A stretch of DNA of 64,000 nt from Camelus ferus. Lineage: Eukaryota. Under the pieces are notes generated by a model that was not told the origin of the DNA, ran no database searches, and saw only the letters and a program-made list of their open reading frames with translations. The number at the start of each line of letters is the position of its first letter. Position 1 is the first letter of the stretch. A program made the translations under genes and the position numbers. This document shows positions 1 to 13,571 of this stretch, in pieces. Location: the NCBI RefSeq assembly GCF_009834535.1, contig NC_045697.1:44270001-44334000 (forward strand). Reading direction: 5' to 3'.

Positions 1-271
1 GGGGCCTTCCATTAGCTGCCTCCCTCTTAAGCCACCCCCACCCCACCATAGATATTGAGCTGTTTTTCATCTCTAGTTCTTGTTTATGAGAGTTCAGGCT
101 TTTCAGTCATCCTGTCCTAGTACCTACTAGCACGAACCAGAGCTCTTGTCACAGGAATGTTTCAGGGATGCTGTTTTACATGCTTTATTAACCGCCAAAG
201 GTACAATAGCTACAGAAGTCATTGAATCAACCGTTTAAACTAACAGTAAAATTCAGTTTCATTTCACTATT

Positions 272-408
272 TAAAAAAAATTTTTTTTTAGGGGAGGGGG
301 AGGTAATTAGGTTTATTTATTATTTTTTTAATGGAGGTACTGGGGATTGAATCCAGGACCTTGTGCATGCTAAGTATGCGCTCTGCCGCTGAGCTATTTC
401 CCTCTCCC
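272..408 (-). mobile_element. tRNA-derived SINE (camelid vic-1-like)
   Basis: Reverse complement of a tRNA-like head with A and B boxes plus the family tail aataaacctaattacc. TSD TTCACTATT at 263-271 and 412-420. Confidence 0.85.
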
Positions 409-989
409 TCATTCACTATTAATTAAAATGGTTTCATATGCCAGAGGAAATTTCTAGCCTTGCTTTTAAAAACTCTTTTAGAAGGCAGTCACATTTGATT
501 ATCTTTATTTTCTCCTAGTTATTCTTCTGTAGCTTTTTGTGTAAATCTGCTAGCTAATTCTCTTTGAATTTAAAGGTGCATAAACCATTCTGTGCTTCTG
601 AGGAACACAAGCGATGTATATGAAATAGCCCGTGTCGTGAGGCGCCTATGACCTCATAGAGCGGGCTAGACTTATGTATAATGAAGAGGGACCCTAACGA
701 GGCAGTGTGCAGTTAAATTGCTCGATGGCTTCATACTGACTCTTAGGGCTGCAGAAATATGAAGATGGGTTAGGGTATTAGGATGAAGTCTAATGCAGAA
801 GGGAAGTTTTGAGCAGAAAACTCACAAGGTGAAAAGGATTTGTCTAGGCAAGGAAGAAGTAGGGGAGGATAGGAAAACCCTTGAGCAAATGTAGAGAGAG
901 AGGAATGACCATGACATCCTGTATGGGGTCCCTGAAAAGCAGAAAATCGGTCTGACTGAAGAAAGAAACTGACTGGTATGGCATGTGGT

Positions 990-2540
990 GAATCCAGCTG
1001 GCTGGATGACATCTCTCACTGGACGTCTCTTAAGCATCTCAAAATCAGTGTGCCCCGAACTGAAGTTGTGACTCTCCCTTCTGCCCCCAAACTACTTCTC
1101 CCCTAGCTTTCCCCACCAGAAATCTGGGTGTCAGCCTTGGTTTCTCTATTTCCATAATCATCCCTCATCCAGTCTTTCAGCCAGCCTCTTCAAGTCCTAG
1201 CCTCAGTCACATCTTGAATCTAATCTGCATGCTGCTCATCTCGGCCACTCTCTAGTCCAAGCCATGCCCGTTTTTTGCCTAGACTACCTCAAAGCCCCCA
1301 CCAACTGGTCTTCCTCCTCCAGCACTTGCCGCTTTTCCACACTGCAGCCAGACAGAACGGACTGAAAAGTAAACCACTCTCGAGCGAAAAACCACAGTCT
1401 TTCAGTGGCTCTGTGTTGCATTTGGAATGAAATCCAATCTTGTTCTCATGGCCTATAAAGCCTGGTGTGATCAGGCTTTTGCATTTCTGGTGCTCTGTTT
1501 TCCACCCCACGTGGATGGACTTCAATACAGTTCTAACACTAACCACTCAAGGTAGCTTCCAGTTCACAAGGTAAAGCCTCAGTCCCCCACAGGGCTGTCC
1601 CTGCTTCAGATGCCAGCCACGAGCAGGGGCCTCCCAGCCCCCCATACCTACAAATTCAGGGGTTCCCACAATTCCCTCAGGTTCAATAATTCGCTAGAAC
1701 AACTCACAGAACTGAAGAAAGTGTTATACTTCCTATTACAGTTTTATTATAAAGGGTACAAATCGGGACCAACCAAATGGAAGAGACACAGGCAGAGGTC
1801 TGGGAGGATCCCTCAAAGAGAGCTTCCACGCCTCTCCCTGTGGAGTCAGAAAGTGTCCCCTTCCCTGCACATCACTGTGGTCATCAGCCAGGGAGCTCCT
1901 CTGAGCCTCAGTGTCCATAGCTTTTACTGGAGTTTTTAACATAAACCCGACTGATTAAATCACTGACCATGAGACTAAGCTCAATCTCCAATCCCCTTCC
2001 CCTCCCAAAGTGCCAACCCTCCAACCACACGCTTGGTCTTTCTGGTGGACAGTTCCAAACCTGAAGCTATCTGGGAGTCCATCCTGAGTCAGCTCATTAG
2101 CATGATAGAGACAGTCCTGTCACTCAGGAAATTCCAACAGTTTTTGAAGCTCTGTGCTGGGAATCAGTGGGGGCTGTTACACCACAGTACCTCCCAGACC
2201 TCATCTTGCACCACTCTTGCCCTCCGTGCACCAGGCATGCTGGTCTTCTCGTAGTTCCTGGACTGTGCCAAGTCCTCCCCTCTACCCTTCTCCTGCTCTT
2301 TCTCACCCAACTTTTTCCAGCCTAAGGTTTCTGATGAGAAAGTCCTTGCCTGTCTCAGTGCCCCCCTTGTAGCTCTCCATGCTCATTTGCTTCACAGCAC
2401 GAATCCCAGTCTGAAATGGTTTTATTTATGTTCGTCTCCCCTATAAAGTATAAACTCCTCGAGGACATTGCCTTTATTGTCTTGTTCCTTCTTTATCGCC
2501 TAGCACAGACCAACATTCAATAAATATTTGTCCAGTTAAA
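990..2540 (+). mobile_element. L2 LINE fragments split by the LTR
   Basis: L2-like pyrimidine-rich body and a 3' end 'ttcaataaatatttg' near 2517-2530. Confidence 0.55.
1487..2185. mobile_element. LTR, MER21-like, interrupting an L2
   Basis: Motifs cttcagatgccagc, ggggttcccaca and caggttcaataattcgctagaacaactcacagaact resemble the recalled MER21 consensus. L2-like sequence lies on both sides. Confidence 0.65.
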
Positions 2541-2869
2541 GAAAAATTAAGTGGGAAAGATGAGAATGACCAGGCCAGTTTTTGATTGCCAAGAAGAGGA
2601 AATGTTTAAACTTGATGAGAAAAGTAATGTAGAGGGGCTGTCAGATCAGAAGCAAGAGAATGATAGGTGTTTGGGGAGTGTGAACACGGGGACTTTGCTC
2701 ACAGTGTATCACATGTATTGTGGAGGGGCCGGGACAAGGGAGAGGCAGGCGGCTTTGGAAGGCTACTGCAGGAGTCCAGGTGAACTGGTGACAGCCCGAA
2801 CAAGGGTGGTGGGTAGGAATGGAGTGCAAGGGGAGAACCTGAGATTTTTAAAGAAAGATGCCCTCGACA

Positions 2870-4330
2870 TTTGTCTTTTTTAGCTTTAACTTTTTACTTG
2901 CAAGTAATTTCAGACTTCCCAAAGAGTTGCAAAAATACCATGAAGAACTCCTGTACACCTTTCACTGTACACACCTGTACATCCTGTACACTCATTGTTA
3001 ACATATTGCCTCATTTGCTTTCTTATTCTCTTTCTTTCTCCATATGGGTGTAGTAGATGCATTCTTCTGTGTTATTTTTTTTCCTGAATCATCTGAAAGT
3101 AAGTTACAAACTTCATGCCTCTTCATCCCTAAATAGTTCAGTGTGTATTTCCTAATGGGAAAGACATTTCATGTGATCACGGCACATGTACCAGCATCAG
3201 GGAATTGAATCTTGATACAATACTATACCCAGGATCCTAGCCCAAGAGCCAACTCAAGGTCCTGCATTACAGTGAGTTGAAGTGTCTCTTTAGTCTCCTT
3301 TCATTTGGAATAGTTCCTTGGTCTTTGATCTTATGACATTGACACTTTTGAGATGCACAGACCAGTTATTTTGCAGAATGCTCCTCTTTTTGGGTTTGCT
3401 CATGCTTCCGCATAACTACACTCAGCCTGTGCTTGTCGGGCAGGAATGCTCCATTAACGATCATGTGTCCTGAGCATCAGACCAGAGGCTCATAGTATCA
3501 CTTTGTCATATTATTAGTGGTATGAACTTTAATCACTTGGTTAAGGTGGTGTTTACCTGATCTCTCCACTGTAAGATTACTATTATTCCTTTTGTAATTA
3601 ATGACTAATTTATGCTGAGATACTGTGGGCTTATGTAATTTTTTTTCTGTTTTATTTTAAATTTTTATTTCTTAAACTTTTTTTTTATTGAGTTATAGTC
3701 ATTTTACAATGTTGTGTCAAATTCCAGTGTAGAGCACAATTTTTCAGTTATACATGAACATACATATACTCATTGTCACATTTTTTTTTGCTGTGAGCTA
3801 CTTATGTAATACTTTTTTAATCAACCTTTTATCCAGTAGTTTTAGCATTACCTTGGTGGGTCTTGCCTGTATCGGCTATTGCTATGGCACCTTCAAAAAA
3901 AATGGCGATTTTCTGACTTCATTATTTCTTCTACATTTGTTGGTTGGCATTTTACTTTTTATGTATTTATTTATTATGGGCTCATGGGTTCCTATTTTAT
4001 TAAATGGATTTTAATCCATTCCTGTTATTATTCATCTTAATGTCTCACATTATTTATCAAATTACCCCAGTTTGTTCAGTAGGAGATACTACAAACAGAC
4101 TCGTATGTCCTTTTTGACATGTCCCCACCATTTTTTGAGCAATTCCTGACTTTCTGGCATAACAAAATCTGCAAAGTTCCTCTTGTGTTTTTCCTGCCCT
4201 TGTCCTGGCACCAGCCATTTCACCGAAGAGTCCTGGTTTCTTTTAGTGGGAAATGGTGTTTAGAAACCAGGATCTGGGAGTGAGGTGTGTTCATTACTGC
4301 TGGGCTGCCATTATTTTCCAGGCCCTTTCC
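2870..4330 (-). mobile_element. Old L1M (L1MC/L1MD-like) 3' region
   Basis: Characteristic antisense L1M 3' UTR phrases, e.g. agagttgcaaaaata, tttaatcacttggttaaggtggtg and gtgtttagaaaccaggatctggg. Confidence 0.65.
3640..3800 (-). mobile_element. Young 5'-truncated L1 3' end nested in the old L1M
   Basis: T-rich tail then ttttattgagttatagtcattttacaatgttgtgtc. TSD CTTATGTAAT at 3630-3639 and 3801-3810. Confidence 0.75.
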
Positions 4331-5058
4331 GCCCCAACATTTTGACTCATTGAGTGGAGATTGAAATTAGAAGACTAAACAATGGTCACATCACAGACCA
4401 AAAAACTCTCCCAAACCCTAATTGGAAAGATTCACAGAAGGCAGACTCATCTACCAAGAGGACTACCCAAGCCACTTTTAAGATGTGTGTTAAAAATATG
4501 TTTTTAAATAGTATGTCTTATTCAAGTGCATTCTTGTTATAAGAGATTTAAATCCTGGAGTAATGAAAGAAAATATGAGACACTCCTTTCCTACTTTGCA
4601 ATCTGTAAGTTTGGTCAGCACTTTTAAACCCCTAAAGTTGGCTTTTCAACATTTGCCCGGCTCCTGAGTCCTCCCCAGGCTGAGTGCCACGTGAGAGCTG
4701 AGCAGCAGGTGGGGACTTGTTCTCTCAAAGCTGCGATGTGCCAGGCGGGGAAGACTGCTGCCAGGCCCTTCTCGGGGACTTTCTGGGCTCTTCTTCCAGA
4801 TTGTCAGTGTTGTCTGGAGGGAAGTCAGTACTGACCCAATATCAATGGTGGGGAAAGCACCGAACGTTCTTCACTGTTTGAATAGGACAGTGTTGGCATC
4901 TGAGCTGGAGGAGATTAAATTCAGACCCCAGAGACTGAGATAGAGTCTATTTCCCATGAGCTTTAGGGCCCCTAAAGAGTGGAGGCCACAGTGTCTTCCC
5001 CTCTTTGACCCCCTTGATAGAACGACTGTTTTCCTGGACAGGATGCCATCACTCACAA

Positions 5059-5060
<2 letters not shown>

Positions 5061-5112
<52 letters not shown>
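5061..5112. repeat. (CA)26 microsatellite
   Basis: Read directly from the sequence. Confidence 0.97.
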
Positions 5113-5116
<4 letters not shown>

Positions 5117-6750
5117 TATACACGCGCACGCATGCGTGCGTGCACTTGTTCTACTCTAAAACTTGCCTATTCAAGCTGAAATGTTGGTCCTAGTTTCTTT
5201 CTCACTACTGACTGGAAACAAAGAGGTATTATGAATACAAGTGGAATTCCCTTTGGCTGTGTTTTGAGGCCACCTGGTAAATTTTCCCTTTTGGTACTTT
5301 AAGCAGCCACACAATTGAATTGGGGGCCAGAACAACCCTGCTGCCATCTTGTCAGAAGCAGGCATCTGTTTGCAGCTATGCTAGGGGAAAGCCAGTCAAT
5401 GGTTCTGGTCTCAGAGCTGTTGCCTGGGACTTGGACTTCCCCTTGCTACCCAGAGGAGATGATGTGAGCTTTAAAAGACAGTTTCCCCTACTGCCAGTTA
5501 GAGGACTAGATTCAAGAATGTATTCTGAACATACAAGGAAGTTGGGGAAGAGTCATTCTGACGAAGTGAGTTGCTTCATAATCTGCTTCAGTGGAGCTTT
5601 TGAGATTGATTACCTTTGCTCAAGTCCCAGAGATTCTCAAGGGCTGTGCTTATGGAGAAAAATCACCACATGATCAATTTCAATTTCTACAGTCTGAGCA
5701 GGGGCCCCATTTAGGAATATTATCTGTGCTGAAGGGTGAAATCATAAAGGTACAAGACACAAGGTGGGGGTAAGCAAGGGCACTGTCACCCTGGCTGAGG
5801 TGTGATTGGTCGATTAGTGCTAGTAAGAACAAAGAAAGAAGGGAGATGTAAAGATATGTCACTGCCTGGATTACTGGATGAATATTTCTGCTTTGTAGTT
5901 TTTCCTGACATGGAGCTGACGGCAGAAGCTGGGTTGTTTGATTCAGGAGTATGGAAACTTAAATAATTTGTTTCCCTCGTATCACAAAAAGAAAAACTTA
6001 ATTATTATAAAAATTTAGAAAATACAAATGAGAAGAACAAATTAAAAGTCACCCACTGTCCCACTTCCTAGAGAACAACTGTAAACAGGTTGACTTACAT
6101 GTTTTAAAATTTTTTCTATGCCTAACTACACATTTTTAAATTAAAAATGCTTTCATTTACTGTATCTATTATTTTGAAAACTATTTTTCACCTTACTTTC
6201 CACTTCATCTCTCCAAGTCAATACTACAATATCCTTTTTTTGTCAGCTAGTCATTTTGATACAAAACCAATAGACGTTCTTGGTAAAAATTTCAGAATAT
6301 AAGATAAAACCTAAAAGTATTTCTCCTCCTCTCCTACCTCCCAGTCTCCCTCCCCTGAGGTAACCCTAAGACATTTTTCTTAATATTTCTCTCCAGAAAT
6401 TTTCTGTGCACACGCACAGGCACACACACACACGAATATTATTCAATTAATTAATATATCACAAGGTACTAAGTCAAATCCTGTTATGTGGAAATTCAGG
6501 GTTTTTCCAAGTTTTCCCTTCAGTGAGCACCCTTGTGATTAGATCTTTGCACACAGCCGTGATTATTTCCTTAACATAAACTCCAGAAAATGAATTGCAC
6601 AATTTTAATGCTTTTGACATGGACAGCCCCTTTGCCATTCACAGGGTTTTTGCCAATTTCTCACTTTCATCCATAAGCAACACTGCATTTTTTAAAACCT
6701 TTAAAAGTGCAACACACACATGGAAAACTGTACAAGCCATGGGTTAGACC

Positions 6751-7061
6751 TGCCCTGTCCAGTATGGTAGCCACCAACCACATGTGGCTACCGAGCACCT
6801 GAGATGTGGCTGGTCTGAACTGAGCTAGTTAGAAGTGTGAAATACACACCCAATTCGAAGCATTGGCACAGAAAAAAAATCATATAAAATATCTCATTAA
6901 TAATCTTAGGCTAGTCATATATTGAATGATATTTTGGATGTAGTATGTTAAGTAAAAATACATTATTAAAATTAATTTTGTTTGTTTACATTCACTTTTT
7001 GAATGTGGCTACTGGGAAAAGTTAAATCACATATGTGGCTTGTATTCTCCTGGACAGCACC
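6751..7061. mobile_element. hAT-Charlie non-autonomous element, MER33-like
   Basis: Terminal inverted repeats ctgtcca...tggacagc and internal tggtagccaccaaccacatgtggcta. Confidence 0.75.
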
Positions 7062-9274
7062 AAGTAGGACTCGTGGTGCATATGACTCCATGGACCTGTA
7101 CACTCCTGATTGGCTTTCTCATCCTGTCCTCCTCCCCACCTGCCTGAGCCTTGGTTCTAAGCAGAGCTCTTAGGACTAATGTAGCTCCTTTCACCACAGT
7201 AATTCTTTGTCAGGAGTGATCAAGAGACACATGGTGAGTGTCCACTTTTGAAGGAAATGGGCTTGCATATTAAGATTGTGATCCACCAGGAACGACTGTT
7301 CAGTAAGAAATCTTAAGTTGCAAGTTGAATCATTTGTTCATTGATTCGTTAGAATGGGCACATATTTAGGCTTCAGGAATTGCTGCTGAGTTCAATGTCA
7401 TGCCCCTACTAAAATGTGCACACAGAGCACAGACAGACGGAACAGTCTGTTCATGCTCGACAGTCAGTTCATTGATGGAAAGTCTCCATCTCTCTATGCT
7501 TCAGACTTTTTTTCTTTGCCATGAAGCAAGGATGATGTGAATCGCTCATGTTCCAGGCAAGAACGATCAGCATTGTCTAAACATTGAGAGGAAAAAGGAT
7601 TGCCAGGAGATCGCTGGTGCTGTAGCAGCAACTCCAGGCCGTTTCCACTCACTCACCACCTCTAGGAGTTTGCTCAACCATCTCTCTCCGCCCATCAGCC
7701 CTCAGCTTTCCCTTCCACAATACTGACTGTACCCAGCACACCCTAGGTACGCATGCCTTTTCATCAAAATGAATGCTGTTCATAGGTTGGCCTCCACTCC
7801 TGGTCACTTCAGGGTAGAGGCAAAATGCAGATAAATAGGAAGAAAAAGGCCTTGGGGTGGGTGTATGAATCTCACTCCCTTTCTGCCCTATTGTTGGCTT
7901 ACATCTTGTTCTTTAAGTCACTTTTCCACTGAACTCAGCTTTAGAGTTAAAAACAAATCAATAACAAAAGACTAAAAAAATACAGCTTAAAGTGTTTTGG
8001 GCTCGATTGTGTGCTCGATTATTCAAATGTGGCCAAAATCCTCGCTACAGTCAAGTGGCTTCTGTCAGGAAGGTATCCAGGTAAGAGGATTAAAATAAAG
8101 AAATAGCATAATTCTTTCGTTGTTGTTGTATTATGCTTAATTTTATAAGCATAATGTTTCTAGCCGTTTGGAACTCTCCACTTGAGTTTTTATAAAATTG
8201 CACTGCCATAAAGAATCAACATAATCTTTTTTTTTTTTTTTTACTATTAGTAAGTTTTTGTTTAGTTCTTATAAACACAAAGTTGTACATGCTATCTCTA
8301 CTCATACAATATTTTGATATTTGTCATCTTATTTTTATTTTTACTTTCAAAGTGAAAACACAATAAGCAAGCAAGACAACTATTTTATAACTGATCAAAA
8401 TCAACGTAACCCTTTAACAAGAAAAATGAGAGTTCTCTGGAAAAGACGCCCCTCCCCTAAGTTTGGAGAATGAGGGAAATATCTTGTTGAAGCGAGAGTG
8501 AACTTAGAACGGAAGGAGCACCACCTTTGTCCCAGTGTTGTGGTGACTTAACTAGATGAGCTTGAATAAGTGTCTTCTAAGTCTTAATTTGGTCATCTGT
8601 GAACTGGGGACAGAATATTCCCCTTTTCTCCTTTGTTCGGATGGGTTTGCAATGAAAGCAATAAACTAATGCAAAAGGAATAAATTATTCCTTGAGCTGC
8701 AGTGGTCTTGACATTTGCAATTCCTTGCCGACTCCAGATTCTGTGATTATAAATAAGTGCTTTCACTGTTTGCAACCACTATGTTTAAACACACTGGTAA
8801 AAATCTAAAGACCTCTTTCTTATCACAGCAAGCCAGGCTATAATATTTGCCTTACATAGACTGCTAAGCACCTTTTTTCCCTCTTTGTATTCGAAGCTGA
8901 GCATATACTTCTTAAGGTCTCTAATCTTCCCCACCCTTCCCATTGCCCAAGGGTTAAGCAAATTTAAAAAAATTTTTAATGGTGCTATAGGATGAACAAG
9001 GTTGAGTAGCCTTCCACCTTCACTGGGTGAGCCAGAGAAACGAAAAACTCAGTGAACCCTTTTTTTTAATCAAAGAACTGTTAGAACTTTGAGAATAAAA
9101 TAGTTCCCCTCTCTTCTCATGAGTAGGATGAAGCCAGTATTGTGAAATGGCAGATTCCTAATGAAAGCATAACGGAGTACTGAAGAGTATGGTATAAAAC
9201 ATTAGTACCTTTTTTTTAAAAAAAAAAAATGGGGGACTTATACACTATATACGTTTATTTTTATTTTCAGATTA

Positions 9275-9447
9275 TAGTTGACCCTTGAACAACTCGGAGG
9301 TTAGCCCACCTGTAATTTGTCATTGGCCCTCCACATCCTCGGATTCAACCAACCTCAGGCCATGTAGTACTGTGGGATTTGCTATTGAAATATCTGTATA
9401 TAAGTGGACCTGAGCAGTTCAAACTCGTGTTGTCCAAGAGTCAACTG
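9275..9447. mobile_element. Tigger2-family (TcMar) MITE, 173 bp
   Basis: TIRs (t)AGTTGACCCTTGAACAAC and GTTGTCCAAGAGTCAACTG, with TA target duplications at 9273-9274 and 9448-9449. Confidence 0.8.
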
Positions 9448-10459
9448 TAATTTTCCTATCAAAAGCTCTACTTCCCAACAAAATTTCTTATCTCAGTTTG
9501 GAAAGCATTATCAGATAAACACAAAACTGAATATAAATTGAGAGTCTATAGATCACACTGACCCATGGCTTTAGCTAAGGTTTCATTAACAATATTAGCT
9601 GAAAAGCTGTCCCTGACAGCTCACCCAGGACCTCCAGCCCCTGACAGTGTCTCCCGGCACCAGAGGGTCCACAGGTTGGTCTCCCATGTGTGCCTGAGCC
9701 CCGCCCTGCTGTGGGTTTGGCACAGTCTGCTGGACCTGATGCTTCTTCCTTGGGCACCAGAGTGTCTCTTGGGTTTCCAGTGGGGGCCGCTCGCCCCTCA
9801 GGCGTTGCTGCTTCTTCGCTTGGTGCATCCGGCCAAGTACACCAGATTCCTCCAGGAGCCTCCCCTCTCCTCCTTTTCTCTGACACCCTGTTACAGCAGT
9901 CCTCAAACAATGTTATTTGTGCCTTGGTATTTTGCAGTGATTTAGCGAAGTAGCTTTTTGGGTTTTTACTTATCAGCTTCCTGTGCTCTGTGTGTTGGAC
10001 CTGAAGCCCATGAAAGAGGGGGAGGGAGGGCAGACAGACCCAGGCTAAGAACGCATCTCCTTTCATCCTTGAGGTTCTCTCTCCTCTGACCACTAAGACT
10101 TGATCCTGAGACTGGATCTCTCTTTTCTTGACATGAATGATCTGCCAGGAGACTTTAGTAGCCCCTAGGCTCCCCCCTAGAACTTTCTTTCAGGTTTCCC
10201 CACTAGTTCACTCAAGCCTGAAACTCCTGCCAAGGGCACATTGCAAACACAAGCTAAGATCCCTACTTAGTGAGGATTTACTCTTGTTTGGGTGAAAACC
10301 ACCCAAACCCACCCCAGGGATTGAACTCAGGGTTAGAAGATTGCGGGTTGAGGATGGGAACAAGAGGAAGTCAGTGGTGAGGGTGGGGGCGGCCAAAAAG
10401 CTTTTGAGAAGGCGCCAGGATGCTTTCCGTCTTCACGAGGGTCTGCATTCTCTCTGTAG

Positions 10460-10665
10460 AACGACATCTTCGAGTGGTCCAGGGACCACCGAGTCCACCA
10501 CAAGTACTCGGAGACAGATGCTGACCCCCACAACGCCCGCCGGGGCTTCTTCTTCTCCCACGTCGGGTGGCTGTTCGTCCGCAAGCATCGGGATGTCATC
10601 GAGAAGGGGAGGAGGCTTGACTTCACTGACCTGCTGGCTGATCCCGTGGTCCGGTTCCAGAGAAA
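10460..10665 (+). CDS. SCD5: SCD5 internal coding exon (exon 3 by human numbering), 206 bp
   Basis: Acceptor ttctctctgtAG (10458-10459) and donor AA|GTAAGT (10666). Translates to NDIFEWSRDHRVHHKYSETDADPHNARRGFFFSHVGWLFVRKHRDVIEKGRRLDFTDLLADPVVRFQR(K), with desaturase His box HRVHH at 10487-10501. Missed by the ORF track because the frame has no start codon. Confidence 0.97.
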
Positions 10666-11719
10666 GTAAGTGAACTGACACCACCGATCGTCCCTCTGGG
10701 ACAGGACCCGGAGACAGAGAGCACAATGGGTGCAACAGTATCCCCAAGTAGATCCCCTCATAGCGCTTACCCTGATGACTGGGTCTTCTTGTTAGGATTT
10801 CTCTGTTTATTCATTCCCTTTGGCTCTTTGTTTTGAATTTAAACTTGATTTGGAAATGGATTTCCTTTAAGCCCACTTGTCATTTCGTTTGGATCAATCT
10901 GCATGACTGATCTCATGGAATGCTGCCGTGGACTCGCCCACTGGTGTTTCCCTGGGGTGGCGAGGAGGGCAGAGAGCACTTGCTTTATTTTTGTGATACA
11001 CTTGACTCCGAAGGGACTGGACTCTCTGTAGGTACCCTGCTGTGTTCTCCTGAAATTCTCTTGTAGTAAAGTCTCCCCTCAACCTCCCCAGTCCTGGAAA
11101 TGTGAACACCAGTAGGTTTCTGTGTGGAGAAAATGTGACTATGTAACAAAGAGCCTCAAAGTGCTTGTGTGCACTCATGAGCGTATTCAGGCTGTCAGCA
11201 TTTGTAGGGTGAATCTATTTTCAACCAGCACATGATGAAAGATGGCTTGTAATTGTGCTGGCAACTAGAGTGACCAGAGTTCACATTTTAACTAGGAAGC
11301 TGGCATGGACTGTATCCATGTTGGTCTGGATCTGCAAACTTGGCCACAATGAGAGCACTTGTAAATGGGCTTGTTACCACAGAGCAATTTATGTGCAAAG
11401 AGAGACAATTTTTGGATTGCACTCTGGTTACAGCCTTGAGGTAATATGGTGAACAAGTGGTTACCGGACACCCTCTCCACTGACAGGCAGAGTCATTTAA
11501 GGACTTATCAAACAAAATCTCCTGAAAATGGAAATGGAGGCTGTGCCTCTGACAGAAGAGACCCTTGCATGAGAGGAAGTATGGCTTAGAAATGGGCTTA
11601 TTTTCCCCTCAGCCTCTCCTTTGACATCGGAGTGGGTATAACACATGGTGAGAGAATGGCGGATGGTGGAGACAGACCCTCAGGCTCACCCTCTGCTTCC
11701 TCCACGTACCAGCAAAAGA

Positions 11720-11860
11720 ACTGACCACTGTAGTGCTCAGTTTCAGCTGTAAAATGGGAGTAACAGTAGTACCCATCTCTTACAGCTTTTATGAGAGCAT
11801 GATGAAAAAAAAAAAACGTGTGGGAAATGCCTGGCATGTAGGAAGAGCTTAGATCAGGGA
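11720..11860 (+). mobile_element. MIR SINE fragment
   Basis: Core-like ctcagtttcagctgtaaaatgggag and gcctggcatgtagg. Confidence 0.6.
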
Positions 11861-12845
11861 TGACTATTATTACAGAGACAGCTGCTGCTCCAGAGGAGTC
11901 CATGTCTTTCCGCCCTCTGCTTTCTGCTGGCTTCACCATCGGGCCTTCTCTGTGCTCCTCCATATGGCTCTCTCAGGGGACACAGCCAGTATCAATAGCC
12001 AGAAGTTTTACAGCAGAAAATAAAAGACATTTTCAGTTAACAACTAAAGGATGTGTTGATTTGATTTTTTTTTTCACCATGAGAGTGACACATTAAGGGT
12101 CATTAAGGAAAATCGGCAAACTTCAGCGAAGTAGAAAGAAAAGCATCACAGCCCTAACACATGGACACAGCTACTGTTCGGGTTCTGTAGTATCTCCGTC
12201 CATATTTTGTGCGTGTATTTGATATATTTTACATGACAGCAGTCATACTGCTTATGCAATTTCATGTCTCGCCTTTTAACTTCAGATTGTCTAGCAGGTA
12301 TCATCAAGGGCTGCGTGAGTTCGCCGTTTGAGTGTCATAGTTTATTTAACCATCACTCTGCAACTGGGTATGTGTGTCATTTCCAATTTTGTGATATAAA
12401 TGATGCTGCTCTACAATTAGTAATGCTTTGGGACAATCAGACCTTAGAGTAATTTGACGAGCTTAGATGAGAAGGCAGAGGATCTTCTATTTTATTCATG
12501 AGAGCTGAGCTCCATGTCACAGTCCGGGTTTCTCTGATCATAAAAATAGAAGATTTTTTTCTCATCTTCTCCCTTGAAAAGATGTGGTAGTCTGATTCAT
12601 CATTAGGAGTATACTCATGGTACATATGCCCAAAGCCTCTTTCTAAATGCAGGCTGAAGGACAAAGACTGTTTCAGCATGCTGCCTGAATAGTGATCTGT
12701 GAACGGCTTTCATCACCAGTCCAGTGACCAAAGGAGGTTGTAGCTATCAGAAACTACCCACTTGTGTCATCATTTCATATGTATCTTTGAGCTCTTGCTA
12801 GAAATCTGTGCTGAGGATACAACCTCAAAGATTGTTCTCCGTCAG

Positions 12846-13228
12846 GTATCATACAATATCACTTATATGTGGAATGTGAATAAAAATGATACAAATGAAC
12901 TCATTTACAAAACAGGAACAGACTCACAGACATAGAAAACAAACTTATGGTTACCCAAGGGGAAAGGGAAATAGGGGAGGGATAAATTGGGAGTTTAGGA
13001 TCAACAGAAACACACTACTATATATAAAATAGATAAACAACAAGAACCTACTGTATAGCACACAGAACTATATTCAATTTCTTGGAGTAACCTTAATGGA
13101 AAAGAATCTGAAAAAGAATATATATATATATATATGTATGTGTATATGTATATATATACATATATGTATAACCGAATCACTTTGCTGTACACCTGAAACC
13201 TTGTAAATCAAATACATTTCAATTAAAA
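12846..13228 (+). mobile_element. 5'-truncated L1 3' UTR (sense) with internal (TA)n
   Basis: tatcacttatatgtggaat, acagactcacagacatagaaaacaaacttatggttacc and gaatcactttgctgtacacctgaaac. Degenerate TSD aaagatt..tctc.gtc. Confidence 0.85.
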
Positions 13229-13571
13229 GATTAGTCTCTGTCCCCCTAGAATTTTCAGACTAGCAAGGAACCCACAAATTAATTTACAGACAATTACACT
13301 CTAGTGAGAGGAGTGCTATTATAGGAGAGAGAGGGGTCTCCTAGCCCACCTTGCAGGCTGGAAGGAACTAGCTTCTAAGCCAATGAGATGAGAAGGAGTT
13401 GGATGAAGGTGGGGGCAAAGATATTTGTTATGTCTGTCACTTTAGAGAACTATACAGAGCCACTGGACTTGGAGGGACCTTACAAATCATTTAACCTATG
13501 CCTTCCATTTTTCCCATAAAAGAACCAATAAACAATGTAAATAGAAAGTTGGGGATAGAAGTATTGTTGTA

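Noticed and set aside
9565..10093. Overlapping ORFs of 87-172 aa on both strands in a GC-rich patch
   Set aside because: No recognisable homology, no poly(A) tail or TSD of a retrocopy, and no convincing exon structure. A BLASTX search would settle it.
10333..10761. ORFs of 104-142 aa overlapping exon 3 in other frames or antisense
   Set aside because: Shadow ORFs of the GC-rich SCD5 coding exon.
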